Assembly: GCA_016184305.1 (NCBI GenBank)
Contig: JACPCX010000144.1
Span: 1 to 24,835, forward strand
DNA from: Candidatus Rokuibacteriota bacterium
GTDB taxonomy: Bacteria; Methylomirabilota; Methylomirabilia; Rokubacteriales; CSP1-6
Direction: 5' to 3'
Length of the DNA stretch: 24,835 bases
Shown: piece after piece, positions 8,244 through 15,756 of the stretch
How the letters are laid out: each line of letters opens with the position of its first letter
How positions within the stretch are numbered: the first letter of the stretch is position 1
Translations under genes and position numbers: made by a program
Notes under the pieces: generated by a model
What the model was told of the DNA's origin: nothing
The model's input: the letters and a program-made list of their open reading frames with translations, nothing else
Database searches by the model: none

Positions 8244-10988
8244 ATGATCGCCATCTCCAGAACCGGTCGTCTGCTGCGCAGCCTGGTTCGGGTGTCCTGC
8301 CGGCGCCCGGTCCTGACGGTATTGGTGTCCCTCGTCCTCGCGCTGGCGGGCACCGCGCACACCGTCCAGGGTCTTCGCTTCAAGACCTCGGGGAGGGACC
8401 TGCTGCCCCAGAACGCCGGCTACGTCCTCCGCTACGCCGAGTACTCCCGGGACTTCGGTGAGCTGGAAGACATCGTGGTGGTCGTGGAAGCCGGCTCGTT
8501 CGAGGCCGCCAGGGACTACGCGAGCCGCCTCGTTCAGGAGTTGCGCAATTCCCCCGTGAAGTTCCCCCGAGCCTCGTACCGGATCGATCCCAAGCGCTTC
8601 GAGGGTCGCCAGCTCCTCTACCTGTCCACGGCAAAGCTGCGCGAGATCCGGGACAAGATCTTCGACCACCAGGAGTTCATGGAGAGCTTCGCGGCGGATC
8701 CGAGCCTCGCCCAGCTCCTGGAGGGGATCAACACCCAGATCGCCGCCAGCTTTCTCACCAACATCTTTGACCTCGGCCTCCAGGAGGACAAGGCGGTCGA
8801 CACGCGCTTCCCGCGGGTGCTGCTGGACCAGATCACGAGCCGCCTCGACCACCCGACGCAGTACCGCTCGCCGTGGGCCACGATGTTCACCTTCGGCGCC
8901 GACGTGGACTCCGATGCCGGCTACTTCCTGTCGGACGACAAGAGCCTGCTCTTCGTGCTGGTCGAGGCGCCGCAGGGCGAGAAGGGGAGCTTCGTCGGCG
9001 ACCACCGGGCCATCGACGCCATCCGCGGAGCCATCGCCGGGCTGCGCCCGGTCTTCCCCGACGTGCAGGCGGGGGTGACGGGCGCCCCCGCGCTGTCCAA
9101 CGACGAGATGGCGGCGGCGTTCGCCGACAGCAAGGTCGCCACACTGATCGCCTTCGCGCTCACCCTGCTCGTGATCACGCTCGCCTTCTGGCGAGTGGGG
9201 AAGCCGCTCCTGATGCTGGTCGTCCTCGCGGTGAGCCTGGCGTGGTCCATGGGCGCGATCACGCTGATCGTGGGCCACCTCACCATCTTCTCGGTGATGT
9301 TCATCTCCATCGTGATCGGCATCGGGATCGACTATGGCATCTACTTCCTCTTCCGCTACGAGGAGGAGATCTTCCTCGGCCGCAACCTCAACGAGGCCCT
9401 GGAGGTCACCGCCGCCCGGACCGGACCCGGCATGCTGCTCGGCGCCCTCACCGCGGGCGGCACCTTCTACGTCCTCCGTCTCACCGACTTCCGCGGCATC
9501 CAGGAGCTGGGCGTCATTGCGGGGACCTCCATCTTGCTCGCGTGGCTCAGCATGATGACCCTCTTCCCGGCCCTCCTGGTGCTGGTGGACGGCCGCCACG
9601 CCGCTCGGCCCCGCGACCAGAAACCCCGCGCCCATCACCTCGAGCAAATACACGTGCCGGTCCTCGAGCGGCTCACGCGCTACCCGGGGACGATCCTGGC
9701 CGCTGCGGGCGTGCTCACCGTCTTGGCGGCCTGGGGGGTGCCATCGGTGGGCTTCGACTACAACCTCTTGAACCTGCAGGCGGAGGGCACCGAGTCGGTG
9801 GTCTGGGAGAAGCGCATCCTGGCCACGACGGGCCGCTCAGGCTTCAACGGCCTCGCCTCCGCGGCTTCGCTGGAGGAGCTCCGGCGGAAGCAGGAGGCGT
9901 TCGAGCGGCTGCCGTCCGTCTCCGAGGTGGATTCGGTGCTCCACCTGATCCCCGAAAACCAGGCCGCCAAGATTGCGATCATCAAGAGCTTCGCGCCGCT
10001 GGTGAATCCTGTCCGGATCGGGCGATCGAGTCCCGTGGACCTCGACCGGCTGACGCAGGCGGTGCGCGACCTCAATCGACGCCTCGACATGGCCGCCGCC
10101 GAGGCGGGCGCGAAGCTCCCCGCCGAGATGAAGCGGCTCCGGGAGCTGGCGGCCGCCTTGCTGACGCGCCTCGAGTCGGCCGACCGGGACGTGGCCGAGG
10201 CCGCCCTCACCCACCTGCAGGCCCAGCTCTACCGGGACTTCGTGGACAAGTTCTACGGACTCCAGCGCCGCCTGCGCCCGAAGATCATCACGCCCACGGA
10301 CGTGCCGGAGGAGCTGCGGCGGAAGTTCATCGGCGCCAGTGGGCACTTCCTGATCCAGGTGCACCCCAAGGTGGACATCTGGGAGCGCGCCGGCGCCGAG
10401 CAGTTCGTGCGAGAGCTGCGCTCGGTGGACCCGAACGTGACGGGCCCGCCCGTGATCACCTACGAGGCGATCCGCCTCATGGAGCGTGCGTACGTGCAGG
10501 GGACGGTGTATGCGTTCATCCTCGTGGGCGGGCTCACCTTCTGGATGATCCGGCGGGTCCGCGAGACGCTCCTCGCCCTGCTGCCCCTCGTGCTCGGCCT
10601 CGTGTGGACCATCGGGCTCATGCGCCTCTTCGGTCTCCAGTTCACCCTCGCCAACGTCTGGGGCCTGCCCCTGATCATCGGGACCTCGGCGGAGTTCGGC
10701 CTCAACGTGGTGATGCGCTACCTGGAAGGGCGCGAGCACGGCGGCCCGCTCGTGGCGCGGAGCACGGTGATGGCGGTGGCGCTCAACGGGTTGACGACGA
10801 TCGTCGGGTTCGGGAGCCTGATGATCGCCCACCACCGCGGGATCTTCGGCCTCGGGCTGCTCCTCACCATCGGGGCGACCTGCGCCCTGCTGGCCTCGCT
10901 CGTGGTGCTGCCGGTCGTCTTGCGGATGATCCCCCGGCACGCCGCGCAGCCCGTGGGGGACTCCATCTCCACCTCCGCCGCCGCATGA
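8244..10988 (+). CDS. MMPL/RND-family lipid transporter, HpnN-like (914 aa)
   Basis: Two-repeat RND topology with large periplasmic loops. Motifs VTGAPALSNDE, IGIGIDYGIY, FDYNLLNLQAEGTESV and VTGPPVITYE; GFGSLMIAHHRGIFGLG is typical of HpnN-like proteins. Confidence 0.9.
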   Translation: MIAISRTGRLLRSLVRVSCRRPVLTVLVSLVLALAGTAHTVQGLRFKTSGRDLLPQNAGYVLRYAEYSRDFGELEDIVVVVEAGSFEAARDYASRLVQELRNSPVKFPRASYRIDPKRFEGRQLLYLSTAKLREIRDKIFDHQEFMESFAADPSLAQLLEGINTQIAASFLTNIFDLGLQEDKAVDTRFPRVLLDQITSRLDHPTQYRSPWATMFTFGADVDSDAGYFLSDDKSLLFVLVEAPQGEKGSFVGDHRAIDAIRGAIAGLRPVFPDVQAGVTGAPALSNDEMAAAFADSKVATLIAFALTLLVITLAFWRVGKPLLMLVVLAVSLAWSMGAITLIVGHLTIFSVMFISIVIGIGIDYGIYFLFRYEEEIFLGRNLNEALEVTAARTGPGMLLGALTAGGTFYVLRLTDFRGIQELGVIAGTSILLAWLSMMTLFPALLVLVDGRHAARPRDQKPRAHHLEQIHVPVLERLTRYPGTILAAAGVLTVLAAWGVPSVGFDYNLLNLQAEGTESVVWEKRILATTGRSGFNGLASAASLEELRRKQEAFERLPSVSEVDSVLHLIPENQAAKIAIIKSFAPLVNPVRIGRSSPVDLDRLTQAVRDLNRRLDMAAAEAGAKLPAEMKRLRELAAALLTRLESADRDVAEAALTHLQAQLYRDFVDKFYGLQRRLRPKIITPTDVPEELRRKFIGASGHFLIQVHPKVDIWERAGAEQFVRELRSVDPNVTGPPVITYEAIRLMERAYVQGTVYAFILVGGLTFWMIRRVRETLLALLPLVLGLVWTIGLMRLFGLQFTLANVWGLPLIIGTSAEFGLNVVMRYLEGREHGGPLVARSTVMAVALNGLTTIVGFGSLMIAHHRGIFGLGLLLTIGATCALLASLVVLPVVLRMIPRHAAQPVGDSISTSAAA

Positions 10989-11698
10989 GGACAGCCTCCC
11001 CAACCGCGGCTCGCCCGCTGACCCGGTGCCGCGCGGTGCTGTTCGACTTCGGCGGCACCCTCGACGCCGACGGCCACCCCTGGAAGGAGCGCGTCGCCCG
11101 GCTCCTCGGGGAGGAGGGGCTCGCCCTCACCCCCGAGCGCTTCGACCCCGTGTTCTACGCGGCCGACGACGCGCTCGTCGGGGCCGTGCCGCCCACGCTG
11201 TCGTTCGCGGACACCGTCCACCGGCTCATCGCCGGCGTGGCCCGCGGGCTCCGGCTGGCCGATGCGGCGGTAGCGGACCGTGTGGCAACGCGGTTCCTCC
11301 AGCAGTCGCTGGCGGCCGTGCGCGCCAACGCCCCTCTGCTCGAGGCCCTGGGCGGCCGCTACCGCCTTGGCATCGTCTCCAACTTCTATGGCAATCTCGA
11401 GGCCGTGTGCGATGATTGCGGCGTCCGGAGCCTCTTCGCGACAATCATGGACTCGGCGCGCGTGGGGTGGCGCAAGCCCGACCCGCGCATATTCCGGACG
11501 GCGCTCGAAGCGCTCCGCGTGAGGCCGGCCGAGGCGGTGTTCGTGGGCGATTCCCTCCCACGCGACATGGTCGCGGCGCGAGCGGTGGGCATGCCTCACG
11601 TGTGGCTGGCCGCCGAGGCGTCTCAGGGGCGAGGCTCTTGCTGTCCGGGTGACCCCATCGTGCATTCCCTGAAGGATCTGGAGGGGCTGTTGCTGTGA
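10985..11698 (+). CDS. HAD-superfamily hydrolase/phosphatase (237 aa)
   Basis: ATG 10985 overlaps the MMPL stop (ATGA). Motif I variant VLFDFGGTLD, motif II IVSNF, motif III KPDP and motif IV FVGDS..RD. Confidence 0.9.
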   Translation: MRTASPTAARPLTRCRAVLFDFGGTLDADGHPWKERVARLLGEEGLALTPERFDPVFYAADDALVGAVPPTLSFADTVHRLIAGVARGLRLADAAVADRVATRFLQQSLAAVRANAPLLEALGGRYRLGIVSNFYGNLEAVCDDCGVRSLFATIMDSARVGWRKPDPRIFRTALEALRVRPAEAVFVGDSLPRDMVAARAVGMPHVWLAAEASQGRGSCCPGDPIVHSLKDLEGLLL

Positions 11699-12426
11699 CC
11701 CAGGAGGGACGGTTGCAAGGCGGAATCATCGCGGCGGGGGACGGCAGCCGCCTGCGCGAGGCGGGCTTCGCGATGCCCAAGCCGCTGGTCCCGGTGGCGG
11801 GGGTGCCCCTGATCGAGTCGGTGATCCGGAACTTCGTGGCCGCCGGCATCACCTCCGTCGTCGTCATCGTGAACGAGCGCGAGCGGGACTGCGTGGAATG
11901 GGCGCGCGGGCGCTTCGCCGGGCTCCATCTCGAGTTCATCGTGAAGACCACCCGCTCCTCGCTCGAGAGCTTCCTCGAGGTGACGGCGCGGTCCGGGACG
12001 GGGCGGCTCCTGGTCTCCACGGTGGACGCGTGGTGCCGGGAGACCGACTTCGTCGGGTTCGTCGAGGCGGCGCGGCGGCGGCCGCCCCAGGCCACCGTCC
12101 TGGCCGTGACGCCGCTCGTGGCCGACGAGAAACCCCTGTGGGCACGGCTCGGCGCCGGCGGCCGCATCGTGCAGCTCGGTGAGTCCGGCGGCACCTTCGT
12201 GACCGCCGGCATGTACCTGCTCTCCGAGCGCATCCGGCTCCTCCGCCCTCCGCCGGGGCTCGGGCGGCTGCGGGATCTCCTGGGATGGCTCGTGCGCTCG
12301 GGAGAGCCGGTATACGGTGAGATCATCCAGACGGTGGTGGACGTCGACCGGGCGAGCGATGTTGCGTTCGCTGAAGCGCTGGTCGCCGCCACGACCCATT
12401 CGGCAGTGGGAGGTGGTGCCGGGTGA
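11695..12426 (+). CDS. Nucleotidyltransferase (NTP transferase, 243 aa)
   Basis: GGIIAAGDGSRL...PKPLVPVAG signature, STVD, and C-terminal VDVDRASD; GTGA coupling on both sides. Confidence 0.88.
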   Translation: MTQEGRLQGGIIAAGDGSRLREAGFAMPKPLVPVAGVPLIESVIRNFVAAGITSVVVIVNERERDCVEWARGRFAGLHLEFIVKTTRSSLESFLEVTARSGTGRLLVSTVDAWCRETDFVGFVEAARRRPPQATVLAVTPLVADEKPLWARLGAGGRIVQLGESGGTFVTAGMYLLSERIRLLRPPPGLGRLRDLLGWLVRSGEPVYGEIIQTVVDVDRASDVAFAEALVAATTHSAVGGGAG

Positions 12427-13262
12427 GCCGTGGGCGCTCCTGGGGCGTGTTTCGAGAACGGACGCATTCGCCGAACCGTGAAGTCGACGATGCCGAGATC
12501 CTCCGTCTGACGGGCAAGCACCTGGAGGAGCGAGGCTTCGACGTGGTCCTCAAGAGCCCGGACGAGCTGATGGCGCCGGCCGAGGGGCCCCCGGACTTCG
12601 TCTTTCTCATGTGCGAGGGCGCGGAAGTCCTGCGTCAGCTCCGCAACTGGGAGACAGGCGGGTTGCGCCAGGTCAACAGTCCGGTCGCCGTCCTCAATAC
12701 GTACCGCGAGCGGATGATCGCCCGGTTCGAGGAGGCCGACGTGGCCTTCATCCCGAGCACCCTCGTCTCCACAGCCGCGTCGCCACGCCCGGCATCGCTC
12801 CCCGTCTGGGTCAAGCGGTCCGATGTCCACAACACCCAGGACGGCGACGTCGTCTTCGCCGCCACCGAGGAAGCCTGCCGCGCCGCCCTCGAGGCGCTGG
12901 CGCGGCGCGGCCTGCCGCGTGCCGTGCTCCAGGAGCACCTCGAGGGCGACCTCGTCAAGTTCTATGGCATCGGCACCGGAGGCGGTCGCGACGGAGGGCC
13001 TCCGTGGTTCAGGTGGTTCTACCACAAGGACCAGACAGTTGCCGGTCATCCCCTCGATCCGCGCGGCCTCGCGCGCCTCGCGCGGACGGCGGCGGCGGCC
13101 CTGGGCCTCGAGGTGTATGGGGGCGACGCCATCGCAACCGCGCGCGGGGACCTCGTGCTCCTCGATCTCAACGCCTGGCCGAGCTTCGCCCTGTACCGCG
13201 ACGAGGCCAGCACCGAGATCGCTGCCTATCTCGAGCGGCGGCTCACGGGAGGAGCCCGGTGA
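12423..13262 (+). CDS. ATP-grasp fold protein with ITPK1-like motifs (279 aa)
   Basis: PVWVKRSD (ATP-grasp lysine), AVLQEHLEGDLVKFYGIG and LGLEVYGGDAI...LLDLNAWPSF. The ATP-grasp fold is well supported; the specific function is not. Confidence 0.75.
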   Translation: MSRGRSWGVFRERTHSPNREVDDAEILRLTGKHLEERGFDVVLKSPDELMAPAEGPPDFVFLMCEGAEVLRQLRNWETGGLRQVNSPVAVLNTYRERMIARFEEADVAFIPSTLVSTAASPRPASLPVWVKRSDVHNTQDGDVVFAATEEACRAALEALARRGLPRAVLQEHLEGDLVKFYGIGTGGGRDGGPPWFRWFYHKDQTVAGHPLDPRGLARLARTAAAALGLEVYGGDAIATARGDLVLLDLNAWPSFALYRDEASTEIAAYLERRLTGGAR

Positions 13263-14587
13263 CGACGCCTCGTGTCCCGGGCCCCCGCTCGCGGAGGATC
13301 GTCGCGCAGGAGCAGCGGCACATGGCGGCCGGGCTGCAGTCCTTCGCGCTGCGCGCCGGGCGCGCCATGGCGCGGGGCACCGGCTGCACGCTGATCGACG
13401 AGGACGGAAACACCTACATCGACTTCATCGCGGGCATCGCCGTCGGGAGCGTCGGCCACTGCCATCCCCACTACGTCGAGACGCTGAAGCGGCAGGTCGA
13501 GCGCCTCACCTTCGGCAGCTTCACGACGGAGGTGCGGGCGAAGTTCCTCGAGCTCCTCGCCACCGTCACTCCTCCCGGGCTCACCCGGATCCAGCTCTTC
13601 TCGGGCGGCGCCGAGGCGGTGGAGGCGGCCCTGCGCCTGGCCAAGGCCGTGACCAAGAAGCACGAGGTGCTCGGCTTCTGGGGCGGGTTCCACGGCAAGA
13701 CGGGCGGGGTGCTGGGCCTCCTCGGCAGCGACTTCAAGCACCACCTGGGCCCGTTCCTGCCGGGTCAGTACCTCTCGCCGTACGCCGACTGCTACCGCTG
13801 CCCGTTGAAGCTCCGGTATCCCGAGTGCGGGATCGCCTGCGCCGAGTACCTCCGCGACGTGATCCGCCATCAGACGAGCGGCGAGATCGCTGCCATCATC
13901 GTGGAGCCGATGCAGGGGACTGCGGGCAATGTGGTGCCGCCCGAGGGGTTCCTCCGGGCCGTCCAGGCGCTCGCCCGCGACCACGGGGCCCTGCTCATCA
14001 CCGACGAGATGATCACAGGCTTCGGGCGGACGGGATCCATGTGGGGCTCGGATCACGACGGGGTCGTCCCGGACGCCATGACGGTGGGCAAGGGCATGGG
14101 CGGGGGCTTCCCCCTGAGCGGCGTGATCTCCACGGACGCGCTCACGGGCTTCCCGCCCTGGTCGAATCCGAGCGCCAGCTCGTCGAGCTACGGCGGCAAT
14201 CCCCTGGCCGCCGCCGCCGGCCTCGCCTCCCTCGAGATCATCCTGGGTGAGGACCTGGTCAAGAATTCGGCCCGGGTGGGCGCGGTCATGCTCGCGCGCC
14301 TGGAGCAGATGAAGGAGCGGTTCCGCTCCGTCGGCGAGGTGCGCGGCAAGGGCCTGATGCTGGGCATCGAGCTCGTCCGGGACCGCCTGACGAAGGAGCC
14401 GGTCCCGAAGGAGGTGGCGCAGGCGCTCTACCAGGAGTGCCTCCGGCGCGGCCTCGTCGCCATGACGTACTCGCCCACCATCCGGATCAACCCGCCCCTC
14501 GTCATCTCCGAGGACACTGCGCTCGAGGGGCTCGGCCTCCTCGAAGAGGCGCTCGCCGCCATCCTCCCCCGGCACGGGCTCGAGTGA
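13259..14587 (+). CDS. Class III PLP-dependent aminotransferase (442 aa)
   Basis: GTG 13259 after GGAG. YIDFIAGIAVGSVGHCHP, SGGAEAVEAA, FHGKT, IVEPMQG, DEMITGFGRTG and the PLP lysine in GKGMGGG. Confidence 0.93.
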   Translation: MTTPRVPGPRSRRIVAQEQRHMAAGLQSFALRAGRAMARGTGCTLIDEDGNTYIDFIAGIAVGSVGHCHPHYVETLKRQVERLTFGSFTTEVRAKFLELLATVTPPGLTRIQLFSGGAEAVEAALRLAKAVTKKHEVLGFWGGFHGKTGGVLGLLGSDFKHHLGPFLPGQYLSPYADCYRCPLKLRYPECGIACAEYLRDVIRHQTSGEIAAIIVEPMQGTAGNVVPPEGFLRAVQALARDHGALLITDEMITGFGRTGSMWGSDHDGVVPDAMTVGKGMGGGFPLSGVISTDALTGFPPWSNPSASSSSYGGNPLAAAAGLASLEIILGEDLVKNSARVGAVMLARLEQMKERFRSVGEVRGKGLMLGIELVRDRLTKEPVPKEVAQALYQECLRRGLVAMTYSPTIRINPPLVISEDTALEGLGLLEEALAAILPRHGLE

Positions 14588-14599
14588 CGCGGTCATGGC

Positions 14600-14751
14600 C
14601 CAGCAGGCTGCTGAAAAAGGCCCATCTGCTTCGTTGGCGCCCTCGGCCGCACGCTCAACGTACACAGAGTACGCCTCGCGTGCGGCCGTCGGGTGCCGCC
14701 TCGCATCTGGGCCTTTTTGAGCAGCCTGCGGGTCTTTCAGGAGGCTGCTAG
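14600..14751. mobile_element. ~150-bp palindromic non-autonomous element (MITE/REP-like)
   Basis: Arms 14603-14629 (gcaggctgctgaaaaaggcccatctgc) and 14703-14729 are inverted complements at 24/27 positions. Inner stems are cggccgcacgc/gcgtgcggccg and cgtac/gtacg. A second degenerate terminal repeat at 14733-14751 matches 14600-14618 at 15/19. No transposase is present. Confidence 0.7.
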
Positions 14752-14752
14752 G

Positions 14753-15754
14753 ATGCGGCGGGGCGCCATCATCGGTCTCGGCAACGTCGCCGTCGACGCG
14801 CGCCCGGCGCAGCGGGCCGAGGCCGCAGCGCGGCTGCCCGGCGCCCGCTGGTACGACTCGGCCGACGAGCTCCTGGCCGTGGAAGGGCTCGACTTCGTCG
14901 ACATCTGCACCCCGCCGTCGAGTCATGCCGGCCTGGTCACCGCCGCCCTGCGGCGCGGGCTCCACGTCCTCTGCGAGAAACCGCTGGTCTGCTCTCCGGG
15001 CGAGCTCGCCACGGTCACCCAGATCGCCGCTGCCACCGACCTTGTGCTCCACACCGTCCACAACTGGCATCACGCGCCCATCGTCCGGCGCACCTGGGAG
15101 CTGGTGCGCGACGGCGCTATCGGCCAAGTCCTGCGTGTCGTCTGGCACACCCTCCGGACCCGCCCGGCGGCGACCCACGACGAGCACGCCGGGAACTGGC
15201 GCACCGACCCGGCCATGGCGGGGGGCGGCGTGCTCACGGACCACGGCTGGCACGTGGTCTACGTCCTGCGGCGCTGGATCGGGCGCGAGCCCCTCACCGT
15301 GAGCGCCGCGCTCGAGCGGCGCCGGCATTTCCAGTGGCCGCTGGAGGACACCGCCCGGCTGCGGCTCACCTTCCCTGGCGCCACCGCGGAGGTGTTCCTC
15401 ACCTGGGCTTCCGACGTCAGACGCAACTGGGTCGAGCTCACGGGTACCGAGGGCACGCTGTGCATCGAGGACGACACGCTCGTGCTGACCCGGCGCGACG
15501 GGGCGCCCCGCGAGCAGCGGTGGCCGTGCCCGCCGGCGATGTCCGACGGCTCCCAGCACCCCGACTGGTTCGGCCCGGTCGCGGAGCAGTTCCTTGCCGA
15601 GATCGACGGCTCGGCGCCCCGGGGCGAGAACCTCGCGGAGGTGTCCCTCTGCGTGGCGCTGGAAGCCTCCGCGCGGGAATCGAGCCAGCGCGGCGAGCAG
15701 CCCATCCCCCTGCCGCTGACCCGGCCGGCGGTCGGGCGGGGGCCGTCGGTCTGA
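14753..15754 (+). CDS. Gfo/Idh/MocA-family NAD(P)-dependent oxidoreductase (333 aa; apparent in-frame deletion in the Rossmann fold)
   Basis: GAIIGLGNVA, LDFVDICTPPSSH, HVLCEKPL and GGGVLTDHGWH. The segment normally lying between GxGxxA and the beta-2 Asp appears to be missing. Confidence 0.85.
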   Translation: MRRGAIIGLGNVAVDARPAQRAEAAARLPGARWYDSADELLAVEGLDFVDICTPPSSHAGLVTAALRRGLHVLCEKPLVCSPGELATVTQIAAATDLVLHTVHNWHHAPIVRRTWELVRDGAIGQVLRVVWHTLRTRPAATHDEHAGNWRTDPAMAGGGVLTDHGWHVVYVLRRWIGREPLTVSAALERRRHFQWPLEDTARLRLTFPGATAEVFLTWASDVRRNWVELTGTEGTLCIEDDTLVLTRRDGAPREQRWPCPPAMSDGSQHPDWFGPVAEQFLAEIDGSAPRGENLAEVSLCVALEASARESSQRGEQPIPLPLTRPAVGRGPSV

Positions 15755-15756
15755 GG

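Noticed and set aside
6741..9653. 970-aa minus-strand ORF
   Set aside because: Antisense to ino1 and MMPL, which carry clear family motifs; a codon-bias artefact.
8873..10984. Long N-terminal extension making the HAD a 941-aa protein
   Set aside because: An out-of-frame overlap with MMPL, low complexity. The real start is the ATGA-coupled ATG at 10985. The same reasoning applies to the extensions on ORFs 128, 2707, 5312, 12611 and 15334.
13790..13842. Cys cluster CYRCPLKLRYPECGIAC as a novel metal site in the aminotransferase
   Set aside because: CYRCP...C loops are common in class III aminotransferases.
14600..14751. Riboswitch or tRNA-like ncRNA
   Set aside because: No recognisable riboswitch or tRNA consensus; terminal inverted repeats fit a MITE/REP-like element better.
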